Position numbers and translations under genes: made by a program. Positions 48,059 to 58,406 of a stretch of DNA of 61,467 bases are shown here, one piece after another (the first letter of the stretch is position 1; every line of letters begins with the position of its first letter). Origin of the DNA: a virus (lineage: Duplodnaviria; Caudoviricetes); the IMG/VR virus record IMGVR_UViG_3300007609_000021, positions 1-61,467 of that record; one strand, given 5' to 3'. The notes beneath the pieces were generated by a model. It saw only the letters and a program-made list of their open reading frames with translations, was not told the DNA's origin and made no database searches.

Positions 48059-50767
48059 TTAATTACAAGCTGTTTCGTTATATAATGTTGTTACCTCTCC
48101 TGCGGATAGTGCTTTGTTAAAAAATCTTGCTTGGTCAATATTTACTTGATAAAATAAAGATGAAATAGTTGGGTGTGCCGCAAAAGTAAAATCACTAACA
48201 GATAATGCTTGCGTACCACTTGTGTTTATAGTTGTTTTAAGAACATTATTAACATATATAGTAGCAGTTGTTGTTGAGGCATTATGAGAAACAACAATGT
48301 GGTTCCAATTAGATGCAGTTACCCCTGTTATAATAGTATTATTTCCTCCTGCTGCTTGATAAAATGCTATTTCAACTGTATTACCTCCGTTAAAAGAAAC
48401 ATTATGGTTATTGCTTTGTCTTGCAAAATAAATTTGTTCAGAACCTGTTGAATCTGTTTTTGCCCATACAGAAGAAGTCCAATTTTTACTTATATCTCCT
48501 ATTCCAAAATCTTGTGACACAGCTATCTTACTGCTACTCCCATTAAAAGAACCTCCTAAGTCAAACTTTCCTACAGGATAAGTAACATCTGTTTGTACTC
48601 CGTTATAGTTACCACTTAAATCAAGAGGCGAACCATCTAAAGGATAAGCAGCTACACAACTACTATCTCCTAATATATCTAATGTGTTTGTAGTACCTGA
48701 ACAAGCTAATACATCACAAGCAGTTTCATTGTATAATGTAGTAACCTCTGCTGCGGATAAGGCTTTGTTGAATATACGAACTTGGTCTATGGAGCCGTCA
48801 AAGTAATGCTCTGCCTCACCCGCTGCTCTGCCTATAGAGAAAGGATGAGTTGTGAAATAATCGAAACCAACAATGCTTCCAGAATTATCTAAAGAACCAT
48901 TAATATATATAGAGACAGAACTTTGAGTCGCTACAACAGCAACGTGATTCCAAGTATTTCTTTGTATTTGAGAAGAACTAAATAAACTTGAATTAACGTT
49001 TGATTTGTACGTTTGAAATAATATTAAATTATTGTCTTGAAGTCTTATATTAAATCCTCTACTTTGTCCTTGATAATCATAACAAGAATAAATGTTTTGA
49101 AGGTTTTGAGTACTTGCAGAATTAAACCAAGCACTAACCGCTATTGTTGAAAGTTTAAAAGAATTATCAGACAAATCTATCCAACTACTACTACCATTAA
49201 ACACACCCGCTAAATCAAACTCTCCTACTCCATAAGAAACATCAGTAGGTGTTCCGCTATAATTACCGCTTAAATCATTAGCATTGCCATCTAAAGGATA
49301 TAAAGCTATACAGCTGTTGTCTCCTAATATGTCAACTGTTTCTGCTTGACCACCGCAAAGAACTGTTCTTTCTTGGTATAAAGACTGTACTTCTAAAGGG
49401 GTTAATGCTTTGTTGAATATTCTAACTTGGTCTATTGAGCCGTTGAAGTATGCAAATCCCACATCAGACCTGTAACTTCCTAAAACTAAGTTTGTATTTA
49501 TAGTACTGGTAGCGCTTAAATTTAAAACTTTACTATTTATGAAACTATCATTTATATAAATGTTTGCCGTATTATTAGAAAAACTATATGTAACTACTAA
49601 ATTATACCAAGTACTTGGGGAAAGCGGAGTTGATGACCAAGAAGAGGTATAATAAAGAACACCCTCTCTACCTCGTGCAACCTCTATATTGTAATTTCCA
49701 GATGAGACGTATCTTATTGTTATCCTAAAAGAGTCCGAACCATTTCCTCCTAAAATAGATTTGTAGTCGCTGTTAAAAGATGAAGCCATATTAAACCAAC
49801 AAGAAAAAGAACAATCTGTGTTGGTTGAAGGAATTACTTCACCAATACTAACATAACTACTACTACCATTAAAATTAGCAGCTTGACCAAATACACCTGC
49901 CGAATAAGCAGCAGTTCCACTCCAAGTTCCATTGTATACACCGCCTTCATCGTTAGCGTTGTTTTCAAGTCTATACAAAGCTAACCCACTAGAATCTCCA
50001 AATGGATCAACTTCACTAACTGTATTTGTAACCTGTAAGTACACAACTATATTAAACGCTCTTTCCGTAGACTGATTTTCATCATCGCTTGCTGTAACGC
50101 TGAAGTTGTATGTAGTCTCTCCAGCTGGCGTAGGAACGCTTCCATCTATATCAGCACCTGTAAGTGTTAGACCTGTAGGTAAAGCACCCGTAGTAACGCT
50201 ATAGCTTATTGTTCCGCTATCTGGCTCTGTAGCCACTAAAGTAATTGTTGGGATTGTTGAACCAGCAGGGAATGTACCTAAGTTTCCAGCGGCTGTTGTC
50301 CATGAAGGAACACCGTTGTAAGACATGCCATCTACAGATGTAGCATTACCTCCGTCTACATTTGTTACAACTACATCGTAGTCACCAGCAGTCTTAGCAG
50401 GTGCCTCAAAAGTAATCTCAGTAGCAGAAACAAAAGTAATCACAGAAGGTGTTGTGCCTCCAATTGTAACCGTAGCTCCGGTCTTAAAATCAGAACCGTT
50501 TATTGTTATTGTTTGACCTCCAACAGGATCAGCAGCTAAGTCATCACCTGGGTAAGATAAAGACGTAATTATAGGTGCTACAACCCCTGGGAGTTGCTGC
50601 CATATAGTACCATTCCAAAACTCTAGCTTCTTATCAGTAGTGTTATACCTAGAATAGCCTTGCTCTGGACTTGATGGCCTCTGTGCAGTTGTTCCACTGG
50701 GTAACTGTATAAAGTCATCCCTGTCTGGGAAGTTTAATAATCCGTCTTTTACTTTAGTTTGAGCCAT
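48059..50767 (-). CDS. Receptor-binding protein: IPT/Ig domains plus three LamG/ConA-like lectin modules
   Basis: Three ~200-aa modules with FNGSSS, W(Y/N)(N/H)xxV and IDQVRIFNKAL motifs. Confidence 0.82.
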   Translation of the reverse strand: MAQTKVKDGLLNFPDRDDFIQLPSGTTAQRPSSPEQGYSRYNTTDKKLEFWNGTIWQQLPGVVAPIITSLSYPGDDLAADPVGGQTITINGSDFKTGATVTIGGTTPSVITFVSATEITFEAPAKTAGDYDVVVTNVDGGNATSVDGMSYNGVPSWTTAAGNLGTFPAGSTIPTITLVATEPDSGTISYSVTTGALPTGLTLTGADIDGSVPTPAGETTYNFSVTASDDENQSTERAFNIVVYLQVTNTVSEVDPFGDSSGLALYRLENNANDEGGVYNGTWSGTAAYSAGVFGQAANFNGSSSYVSIGEVIPSTNTDCSFSCWFNMASSFNSDYKSILGGNGSDSFRITIRYVSSGNYNIEVARGREGVLYYTSSWSSTPLSPSTWYNLVVTYSFSNNTANIYINDSFINSKVLNLSATSTINTNLVLGSYRSDVGFAYFNGSIDQVRIFNKALTPLEVQSLYQERTVLCGGQAETVDILGDNSCIALYPLDGNANDLSGNYSGTPTDVSYGVGEFDLAGVFNGSSSWIDLSDNSFKLSTIAVSAWFNSASTQNLQNIYSCYDYQGQSRGFNIRLQDNNLILFQTYKSNVNSSLFSSSQIQRNTWNHVAVVATQSSVSIYINGSLDNSGSIVGFDYFTTHPFSIGRAAGEAEHYFDGSIDQVRIFNKALSAAEVTTLYNETACDVLACSGTTNTLDILGDSSCVAAYPLDGSPLDLSGNYNGVQTDVTYPVGKFDLGGSFNGSSSKIAVSQDFGIGDISKNWTSSVWAKTDSTGSEQIYFARQSNNHNVSFNGGNTVEIAFYQAAGGNNTIITGVTASNWNHIVVSHNASTTTATIYVNNVLKTTINTSGTQALSVSDFTFAAHPTISSLFYQVNIDQARFFNKALSAGEVTTLYNETACN

Positions 50768-51002
50768 GTGCTATGAATTCGTCTTTAGATGTATCGTAAA
50801 AATCTCCAACAGCTGCAAACTTGCCTCTGAAGGTTCCGTTGTAAGATGTCTGTTTCCAGTTGTCCCAGTTAGATAGGTATCTGCATAAGTCTAAACCTAG
50901 CTTCTCTTTCTCAACACCGTTCTCATCTAGCAAGACATCATTAGCAACAACAATTACTTGCTCTACTATATTTTCGTTATTTAATTTTGCAAAGTGCGCC
51001 AT
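50754..51002 (-). CDS. Small tail-associated protein
   Basis: MAHFAKL..WKQTSYN; next to a Gly-rich gene. Confidence 0.6.
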   Translation of the reverse strand: MAHFAKLNNENIVEQVIVVANDVLLDENGVEKEKLGLDLCRYLSNWDNWKQTSYNGTFRGKFAAVGDFYDTSKDEFIAHGSN

Positions 51003-51005
51003 GTC

Positions 51006-52256
51006 TTAAGCTGTATATGTTCCACTTCCAGTGTATGTTAATATTGTGTCTGTACCATCAGTAGTTACGGTTGGGCTTCCTGTTGTAATTCCTGAATAGT
51101 TAGCTGTAGGAAACCTAAGTATTACTACTCCAGAGCCGCCATTCGCTGCATTATCATTGTATACATATGTTGAATAACTTCCCTGACCAGAACCACCAGC
51201 GCCTCCGCCAGTGTTAGCGCCACCATCACCTCCAGTAGCATCACCTCCATTTGAAGCCTGATTACCATTTCCTCCATTATTCAAACCACCAGTGCCTCCT
51301 AATCCAGCTGCTGGTGGAGATGTTGAGGCGTCTGCAGCACCACCGCCGCCGCCTCCGCCAATGCCGCCATTTCCTGCTGAAGAATCTTCCGCTCTATCCC
51401 ATTGAGCCCCGCCTCCGCCACCAGCAAAATAAACATTTGATCCGGTGATAGTAGATAAATACCCAGCGCCACCATGCGGAGTAGACGAAGGATTGAATCC
51501 AGATTGTGTAGCTCCACCGCCACCGCCGCCTGCAATCTTAGAATAAGGCTCACCATCATCTCCTCCTGAATTACCTTGCCCAGAAGTCCCTGATCCTTGA
51601 GATCCATTATAAGGCGCTCCACCTCCGGATCCTCCTGAAGATGATGTTCCAGATGTTCCATTATTAAAGTAAGTTGCTCCAGCGCCGCCGCCAATAGCTG
51701 TTATTGTAAATGAAGATGTAGATATTGTTGTGTTTCCTCCGTTTTGTCCTGGAGCTTCGTTTTCATTAGATCCAACACCACCAGCGCCTCCGCTTCCTAC
51801 AGAAATAGAAAAAGAGGTTCCAGACGCAGTATTTTGAAAAATAGATTCTATATATCCTCCTGCTCCTCCACCCCCAGAGTGCCTTGTTCCAGTGCCACCG
51901 CCGCCTGCAACCGCTAAATAAGAAATGTCATATTCTGCTGAAACATTTAAGCTAAAATCTCTTTCATTAGATTCTCCTTCAGAATCAGTAGCTGTTATTG
52001 AAAAATCAACCGTCACAAAAGTATTGTATCCAGTCAAAGTTCCGGATATAACGCCTGTAGAACTATCTAAAGACAAGCCAGTTGGCAATGAACCAGATGT
52101 AACGGAGTATGTTATAACATCATTAAAAAACTCAGCCGCAGAAAGGTTTATATTAGATATAGGATTCCCCGATTGATTAATAGTACCAAGAGACCCAGCT
52201 TCGGTTATCCAAGTTGGTGCCTCTGAAACGTATAATAATTTTTTATTGTATGCCAT
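51006..52256 (-). CDS. Gly-rich tail-associated protein with Ig-like domain
   Basis: LPTGLSLDSSTGVISGT Ig motif; GGGG runs; GGSGVVILR. Confidence 0.72.
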   Translation of the reverse strand: MAYNKKLLYVSEAPTWITEAGSLGTINQSGNPISNINLSAAEFFNDVITYSVTSGSLPTGLSLDSSTGVISGTLTGYNTFVTVDFSITATDSEGESNERDFSLNVSAEYDISYLAVAGGGGTGTRHSGGGGAGGYIESIFQNTASGTSFSISVGSGGAGGVGSNENEAPGQNGGNTTISTSSFTITAIGGGAGATYFNNGTSGTSSSGGSGGGAPYNGSQGSGTSGQGNSGGDDGEPYSKIAGGGGGGATQSGFNPSSTPHGGAGYLSTITGSNVYFAGGGGGAQWDRAEDSSAGNGGIGGGGGGGAADASTSPPAAGLGGTGGLNNGGNGNQASNGGDATGGDGGANTGGGAGGSGQGSYSTYVYNDNAANGGSGVVILRFPTANYSGITTGSPTVTTDGTDTILTYTGSGTYTA

Positions 52257-52675
52257 TATACTAGTGGTTGATTTATACTAACCCAGAACTGAGCTGGTGA
52301 TGAAGATGTGCACAAAACTTGAACTAAGTTTGTTTTAGTTCCATCATACTGCCCAAAAACAATATTAGCAGCAACAGGGAGTGTTAAAGTGTAATCCCCT
52401 GTAATTACAAGGTCCTTAACCTCTCCAATATTAAAGTTAGTAAATGTTAAAGTCGTATTAGCCCCAAGTGTTTTAGTAAATACTTGACCCGCAGAAAAAT
52501 CAACCGTGTCAGCTGGGATTTCCAAAGATACCGCATTTAACAAATCTTGAGCGTCTCCAAGCTGCTGTAGAGCCTTAGACTGAAGTACTATATCTTCCGA
52601 TGTAGCTGTAGCCGCCGTTATCTTGGCGTCTAAGTAATTAATTACTGATGTGGTTAATGATGCTAATGTTGCCAT
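52256..52675 (-). CDS. Tail-associated hypothetical protein
   Basis: Coupled ORF in the tail cluster. Confidence 0.55.
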   Translation of the reverse strand: MATLASLTTSVINYLDAKITAATATSEDIVLQSKALQQLGDAQDLLNAVSLEIPADTVDFSAGQVFTKTLGANTTLTFTNFNIGEVKDLVITGDYTLTLPVAANIVFGQYDGTKTNLVQVLCTSSSPAQFWVSINQPLV

Positions 52676-52685
52676 TTGTTGTTGT

Positions 52686-54083
52686 TTATGATAATATTGT
52701 TGAGTAATATGTTTCTGTTAATCCTACTAATCCGTATACGGCTAATTTTCTATCTGATCCGCCTCCGCTACCAGCTGTTATACTTGCAAAAGTAATAACT
52801 TCTACCGTGTATCCATTCTGAGGAGCTGTGCTAAAACTTATTGTTGTTCCGTCTAAAGTGTATGTAGACTTCTCCTGATAAACACCTTGTAAGAATACAA
52901 ATGTTTTATCCTTGCTATCTACAGCTTGAGGCAATGTAAAGTCCGTTGTTACACCATCCCCAGTAATCAAGCTACTGTTTAAAGATGTTAAATCTACAGC
53001 CTTTAAATGCACAACCTCTATCTCAACTCCGCTAGGTACGTTCTCACTAAATGTTATAACATTGTCTAAGACTGAATAAGTGCTCTTAGATTGATAAACA
53101 CCGTCAAAGTATACTTGAGTATTGTTTTCGCTTGAAAGCGCCTGAGAAAGCGTGTATTCGCTTGTAGAGCCGTTACCGGTAAATGCGTCTGTCTTTACAA
53201 CAGCAGATACAGAAAGCAAATGTATCACTTCAATATCTGTTCCTGAATCAGGTGCTTCGCTAAATGTAATAACACTACCAGAAGTAGTGTAGTTTGCTTT
53301 AGACTGATAAACACCGTCTATGTATACCTGTGTCTGACTTTCGCTTTGTACGGGAGAAGATAAAGTAAAAGCAACAGTTGTTCCATCGCCAGTGTACTCA
53401 TTTTTTTCTACAGTTAGCGTACTTGCTGCACTACCCCCTGTAGCTAAATCACCGTTCTTCCAATACCCTTGAGCCGCATCCCATATAAGGCCTTGACCAT
53501 TCGATACGTCTTCAATATGTACATCATGTAGTTCGTGTATCCCTTCATTGCCTTGAACCCTTACAGCTAACTTTCCGTTTGTAGAAGAGTTCAAAACAAA
53601 TGCAGTAGCAAGCTTTACAGCTGGTGCTTCAGGCTCTGTAACCGTTAATCCCCCAGGGACCGTTGGGTCACACCAAAGGACATCTCCATCGTTAAATGCA
53701 CTAGTGTTGATTTGATCAACAACTCCAAAGTGTACCGCTTTTCCAAACTCACCGTTAGCAATAGTTTCTTCTAGTATACCTATGTAGTACTTTGGTTCTA
53801 CAGCACCACTAGCGTCCATAGGAGCAACTAGTATATTGCCTGAGTTCCCATCAGTACCAACTGCCATAAGACCAGTCCCTCTATTTATAGTAGAGCCTGT
53901 CTCATTCTTTACTTCAAAGTATACAAAATTAGACTGCGCACCCGTTACACCAGATAAGTCAGACCAATCAAGAGTACCCGCGGCAGCATCAGTTATAGAT
54001 AAGTATTGACCGTCTGCACCAACCGTTGTAGGAAAAGTGTACTGGTCATTAATATTAATTGAACTTTTAAACTTAACTGCCAT
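52686..54083 (-). CDS. Tail-associated protein with four tandem TGDG..F/DGVYQ repeat domains
   Basis: TG(D/N)G.T..(F/Y)TL...GVYQ...ITFS..P..G..IEV repeated roughly every 70 aa. Confidence 0.7.
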   Translation of the reverse strand: MAVKFKSSININDQYTFPTTVGADGQYLSITDAAAGTLDWSDLSGVTGAQSNFVYFEVKNETGSTINRGTGLMAVGTDGNSGNILVAPMDASGAVEPKYYIGILEETIANGEFGKAVHFGVVDQINTSAFNDGDVLWCDPTVPGGLTVTEPEAPAVKLATAFVLNSSTNGKLAVRVQGNEGIHELHDVHIEDVSNGQGLIWDAAQGYWKNGDLATGGSAASTLTVEKNEYTGDGTTVAFTLSSPVQSESQTQVYIDGVYQSKANYTTSGSVITFSEAPDSGTDIEVIHLLSVSAVVKTDAFTGNGSTSEYTLSQALSSENNTQVYFDGVYQSKSTYSVLDNVITFSENVPSGVEIEVVHLKAVDLTSLNSSLITGDGVTTDFTLPQAVDSKDKTFVFLQGVYQEKSTYTLDGTTISFSTAPQNGYTVEVITFASITAGSGGGSDRKLAVYGLVGLTETYYSTILS

Positions 54084-54096
54084 GTAATTTTATTTA

Positions 54097-55191
54097 TTAC
54101 CCAATCTTAGTAACCAACACTCTAATAGAGTTAGTAGGCGTAGAAGAGAATGTTATTGTTGCCGTTGTTGTAGAAGCTCTTTGAACATCTGCAAATACAG
54201 TCTCATCAGTTACGGTGTCATATAATTGAATAATTACGTCTTTTGTATTTAATCCGTGTGTTATTGTAGCCGTATCATTAATGGTAGTAGCATATGAATT
54301 AGCTGATACGCTTGAAGACACAAAGTTTTCAGTAGCAATATTTTCGCTAGTACCAGAATAGATTTCTATTTGCCACTTATCAGTAGTTTCATTCCATAAA
54401 AGAGATACGTTAGAGTCGTCACCCCTTTCAACTTCAATACCAGCACTTTCTGTAGCACCACCAGTAGCGTTACTATTTAAAGTAATAATATTGTCAGCTA
54501 AAAGAATCGTTTCGGTATTAACAGTAGTCGTAGTACCTGATACTGTTAAATCGCCGCTAACAGTAACATTGTCACTAAAAGTTTTATTGCCACCTATAGT
54601 TTGATCACCAGAAGTTCTAACAACCGTGCTATCAACATCAATGGTTACATTATCGTCACTTACGGTTGTAGTTGTACCATCACCGCCTGTAAAATTTAAT
54701 GTACCAGATATTAATGATACAGAATCCGTTCCAGTATCCCCTGATATAGATAAAGAAGAACTTACCGATTGTGTTCCGGCACCAGTTAAACGACCATCTT
54801 CATCAACGGTAAATGTTGCAATTTCAGTAGCAGAGCCATAAGAGCCAGCATTTACACCTGTAGTATTAAGTTCATTTGATGTAATACCAGAAGCTTTTAC
54901 TCTTAATGTATCGGCATTTACTTCTAACGTACTATTGTCGGTGTTTACATCTATGGTTACAGATCCAGAATTACCTCCACCTGTTAAACCGTCTCCAGCA
55001 ATTACCTCAGTTAAATCACCTGAGATATTTACCCAAGCAGATCCATCATATACAAAAACGAAGTTTGTTACCGAGTTATAATAAATTTGCCCCTCTACCG
55101 GATTGGAGGGAGCTGAAGCCAACGGGTGTAAAACCGCATTTTGAATCTCGTTTTGATTTAAATCGAGACTAGTTAAAAATTTTTGTGCCAT
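54097..55191 (-). CDS. Tail fibre protein
   Basis: AGDGLTGGG, GDQTIGGNKTF and GIEVERG fibre motifs. Confidence 0.7.
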   Translation of the reverse strand: MAQKFLTSLDLNQNEIQNAVLHPLASAPSNPVEGQIYYNSVTNFVFVYDGSAWVNISGDLTEVIAGDGLTGGGNSGSVTIDVNTDNSTLEVNADTLRVKASGITSNELNTTGVNAGSYGSATEIATFTVDEDGRLTGAGTQSVSSSLSISGDTGTDSVSLISGTLNFTGGDGTTTTVSDDNVTIDVDSTVVRTSGDQTIGGNKTFSDNVTVSGDLTVSGTTTTVNTETILLADNIITLNSNATGGATESAGIEVERGDDSNVSLLWNETTDKWQIEIYSGTSENIATENFVSSSVSANSYATTINDTATITHGLNTKDVIIQLYDTVTDETVFADVQRASTTTATITFSSTPTNSIRVLVTKIG

Positions 55192-55201
55192 ATCTTTTTA
55201 G

Positions 55202-55903
55202 TTAGTTTAGGTATGCTTTACCTGAAAATGATCCGTTAAATGTTACAGTTAATTGATTAGTCGTATTATATGTTATATCTCCGACTACCACTGTATTTGC
55301 TGAATCAACAATAGTAACAGAAGGAAACTTTTCTAAGTTATGATTTATCACCCAAGTATTTGAAGCTGTTCCTTGAGTATGCACGTATTTTTTGTCCGCA
55401 GCGGCTTGAGCTTCAATTACGCCGTAATAAGTATTTCTTGAAAACAAACCATTACCTTCAACAAAAATAACTGTTGCGTCATAAAAAGTAGGTTGGGAAG
55501 GCCTTTGAATTAAAGAAGTTAAATTATATTTAGCGAATGAATTAACATCAGATAAGTCATATATAAATATTGCACTATCTTCTAGGTAATTTAAATAATC
55601 TACCGCATAAATACCTCCAGATGTTTCTTGGCTAAATACAAAGTTTGTTATTGCTGAAAACTCTGTTTGGTCGCCAAAACCGTCGGGAAATGATATAGTG
55701 CCATCAAGCCTTGAGTTTGGTGCAGCCGTATACGATTTAAATGGTATCTGACCACCAATTCCAATTTTGCCCGTTTGGTTAAAGTTATTAGCTATTCCTT
55801 GTGCCGTAAAATTTCTAGTTTTACCAGTAGAAGAATCAGTACCAATCCATTTATCTAAATCCTGTACATCAAGATCCGTTTTGTAGGTATTAATTCTAGC
55901 CAT
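55202..55903 (-). CDS. Tail-associated protein
   Basis: C-terminal WVINHNLEKFPSVT..FSGKAYLN domain. Confidence 0.6.
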   Translation of the reverse strand: MARINTYKTDLDVQDLDKWIGTDSSTGKTRNFTAQGIANNFNQTGKIGIGGQIPFKSYTAAPNSRLDGTISFPDGFGDQTEFSAITNFVFSQETSGGIYAVDYLNYLEDSAIFIYDLSDVNSFAKYNLTSLIQRPSQPTFYDATVIFVEGNGLFSRNTYYGVIEAQAAADKKYVHTQGTASNTWVINHNLEKFPSVTIVDSANTVVVGDITYNTTNQLTVTFNGSFSGKAYLN

Positions 55904-56363
55904 TCTTATCGTCTTTCTTTACTGCTGATCCAAAGTAATATCCAAAGATGCTCAGTGCAACTCCTTCAACAATACCAATCATGTGTATAAATATTTCTTT
56001 ATTGCTTTCAGGAACATTTGTAGTTACTACTGTATATACTAAAAAAGCAAATGCTGCCAATCCAACAACTCCAGTTAAAGACATCATCCAGTCTTTACCA
56101 CCAGATGAAACTATAGCAGCTTCTCTTTTCCTAGCAGAATCTCTATCTTCAACTTCAAGTCTGTATAATTCAACTAACTGATCATGAGCCTGAGCTTTCT
56201 CCTCTTCTGACATATCAGGATCTGTGTCAATTAAATTTTTAATTACACCTAAAACCCCACTATCCGGAAGGGCCTTACTAGCCCCTTTAATAAATCCCGG
56301 TATAACACCCAATAGTATTTTACCTAATCCTGTTTCTTTAAAAGGTTTTTTATCGGCGCTCAT
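55896..56363 (-). CDS. Holin-like membrane protein
   Basis: EDRDSARKRE, TM helices and FGYYFGS motif. Confidence 0.65.
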   Translation of the reverse strand: MSADKKPFKETGLGKILLGVIPGFIKGASKALPDSGVLGVIKNLIDTDPDMSEEEKAQAHDQLVELYRLEVEDRDSARKREAAIVSSGGKDWMMSLTGVVGLAAFAFLVYTVVTTNVPESNKEIFIHMIGIVEGVALSIFGYYFGSAVKKDDKNG

Positions 56364-56365
56364 AT

Positions 56366-56680
56366 TTACTTTTGTTTTTTTCTACCAGCTCTTTTTTTAC
56401 CTGCAGCAGCTTTTGGTAAATCACCAATTTGATTTCCAACTTCTTTAACTGCTTTAGCAACATCTTTACTTTCTTCAACTACAGCAGCTATCCTAACTTC
56501 TGCTTCGTCTAAAATCTCGTTGATTTTATCTGATGTGTCTTTTCCAAACTTATCCGCAAAATCAGGGATATGGTTGTTATCTTCATCGTTGAATAAGCCT
56601 TTCTTTTTAAGGTATACCCCAAGCATTATTAATCCTGCTATAATTAATACAATTGCGAATACTATAAATGTTATTTTCAT
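56366..56680 (-). CDS. Membrane-anchored protein
   Basis: N-terminal TM helix and basic tail. Confidence 0.55.
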   Translation of the reverse strand: MKITFIVFAIVLIIAGLIMLGVYLKKKGLFNDEDNNHIPDFADKFGKDTSDKINEILDEAEVRIAAVVEESKDVAKAVKEVGNQIGDLPKAAAGKKRAGRKKQK

Positions 56681-56682
56681 GT

Positions 56683-56841
56683 TTATTTATTTTTATATGG
56701 AAAAATTTTATTTAAAGCGTCTTGCCTTCCTTCACATCCACAAGGTATGTTTAACCCTTTAGACATCTTGTCTACCATAGTTTGTATGCCGGAAGCTTTT
56801 GTTATTTTAGCAATACTATCGCCAAGACCTTTTGATTTCAT
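56683..56841 (-). CDS. Small protein (52 aa, not in ORF track)
   Basis: MKSKGLGDSIAKITKASGI...CGCEGRQDALN; ATG overlaps the stop of the upstream gene. Confidence 0.6.
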   Translation of the reverse strand: MKSKGLGDSIAKITKASGIQTMVDKMSKGLNIPCGCEGRQDALNKIFPYKNK

Positions 56842-57113
56842 TTTTTTCTTTTTAAAGATTTTACTCGCCGCGGTTTACCTGCCGGTTGTCCTAGGCTTTT
56901 CTTTTCTCTTATCTTCTTTGCTTTCTCAGCTGAAGACATTTCAGAAGCGGTTTTAGGCGTTTTAGAAGATATACGTTTCTTAGGTCTGCAATAAGGTACT
57001 CCTCTGCCATCACCTTTGGATCTACCGCAAGGTTTACCTGTACGTACATCTATCCACTCTTCTTTAAACCATCTTTTTAAGCTGGCGCCTTTTTTACTTT
57101 TTCTTACTGCCAC
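56838..57113 (-). CDS. Small basic protein
   Basis: LKRWFKEEW..CGR..PYCRP; Lys/Arg-rich. Confidence 0.65.
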   Translation of the reverse strand: MAVRKSKKGASLKRWFKEEWIDVRTGKPCGRSKGDGRGVPYCRPKKRISSKTPKTASEMSSAEKAKKIREKKSLGQPAGKPRRVKSLKRKK

Positions 57114-57228
57114 TGCCCCACTTTTTAGCGCCGACTTTACGGCATTTAGCTATTGCCCCAGAAGCATAAGCCGAGGGGAATACCTTATATCTTTTTTTTA
57201 CTTTGTGGTAGCATGCATCTTTAGCCAT
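57094..57228 (-). CDS. Small basic protein (44 aa, not in ORF track)
   Basis: MAKDACYHKVKKRYKVFPSAYASGAIAKCRK; coupled to its neighbours. Confidence 0.6.
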   Translation of the reverse strand: MAKDACYHKVKKRYKVFPSAYASGAIAKCRKVGAKKWGSGSKKK

Positions 57229-57332
57229 TACTTTTTCTTTTTCTTAAGCTTTTTAAAATCAGCTCCAGTTATTTTGTTGTAAGGCTTTGCTTTCCCAGCA
57301 ATCTTTTTTTGTTTTGGTGATAATTTTTTCAT
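57228..57332 (-). CDS. Very small basic protein (34 aa, not in ORF track)
   Basis: MKKLSPKQKKIAGKAKPYNKITGADFKKLKKKKK. Confidence 0.5.
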   Translation of the reverse strand: MKKLSPKQKKIAGKAKPYNKITGADFKKLKKKKK

Positions 57333-57336
57333 AATA

Positions 57337-57624
57337 TTAACAGTTCCATTTACGTCTTGCAGCTTTTCCGCGCTCTGAGGCCCAGCTTTTAGATCTTGCA
57401 CAAAATGATTTTCTTCTTTTCCAGGCCTTGCTACCTCTTTTTAATTTTGACGGAGGAGTAGTTACTGCGGTTTTGAGCTTGCTTCCAGGATTATCTTTTC
57501 TGTATTTAGCAACCCCTTTAGCGGTCATACCACCGCCAGCTTTAGAACCAGTGCCACCTTTTTTATTCACCTTAGCGTAATAGCCAAGGGATTTCTTTTT
57601 TGATGGGGCTTTCTTATTTGCCAT
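57337..57624 (-). CDS. Small basic protein
   Basis: GGMTAKG..RRKSFCARS..RKWNC. Confidence 0.65.
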   Translation of the reverse strand: MANKKAPSKKKSLGYYAKVNKKGGTGSKAGGGMTAKGVAKYRKDNPGSKLKTAVTTPPSKLKRGSKAWKRRKSFCARSKSWASERGKAARRKWNC

Positions 57625-57626
57625 GA

Positions 57627-57950
57627 TTACTTTTTAAAAGATACGTTCTGTATGCTATAAGTTTTCTTTTTGGCATACTTAGCTCCTTTCTTACCTTCTT
57701 TTTCTTTTTTAGAAAGAGCAACGTCGTCAAACTTTCTTTCTTTTTTCATTTCCTTAACTTTTCTACCAGTTTTAGAATCACCCGCAGGAGCAGCTTGGCC
57801 TCTACTAATAGTTTTCTTTTTAGCGGTAATAGTTACTTCCATATCAGAAGCAGGAAATTGAGTAGAAGCAGACATTCTTTTAGCGTCTTTTTCTTTGAAG
57901 TTTGATGGAGTATTTTTTTCTTTACTCCCTGGTTTCATTGAGTATCCCAT
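57627..57950 (-). CDS. Lys-rich protein
   Basis: Low-complexity basic ORF in operon. Confidence 0.55.
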   Translation of the reverse strand: MGYSMKPGSKEKNTPSNFKEKDAKRMSASTQFPASDMEVTITAKKKTISRGQAAPAGDSKTGRKVKEMKKERKFDDVALSKKEKEGKKGAKYAKKKTYSIQNVSFKK

Positions 57951-57962
57951 AATAGTTGTTTG

Positions 57963-58406
57963 TTATCGTTCTTTATCTTTTCTCATATCATCTATAGCTT
58001 TATTAAAAACTTTATCTGTATATGATTTATTATTATAAAATATACTCCTCGATGATATAGGTAAATCTTCTTCACCTAATAAAACTTTGTATATTCTAGT
58101 AATTAGTTGCTTGCATTTAAAAGAGGTTGTGTATATTGTAAACTTCTGAGTTGTATGGTTTCGTTGCCTCCACACTTCTATCCAGCCGGTTTTTCGTAGT
58201 TTTTCCCAGCGGTTTTTATCCCATGAATAAGTATAAACACCCTCTATGAAATCATTACGTGTAAATCTGTTTTTGCAATCCAAGTAAATGAGTAGCTCAA
58301 GATCCGCATCGTTCAGGTCATAAGTTTTACAGGCCCATTTGCGAACGAGCCTGTAATACTTTAATAAATTTAATTCTCTTAAATCAGATGCTTCTAGTCT
58401 TTTCAT
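57963..58406 (-). CDS. Winged-helix (MarR-like) DNA-binding protein
   Basis: LNDADLELLIYL...KLRKTGWIE pattern. Confidence 0.55.
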   Translation of the reverse strand: MKRLEASDLRELNLLKYYRLVRKWACKTYDLNDADLELLIYLDCKNRFTRNDFIEGVYTYSWDKNRWEKLRKTGWIEVWRQRNHTTQKFTIYTTSFKCKQLITRIYKVLLGEEDLPISSRSIFYNNKSYTDKVFNKAIDDMRKDKER

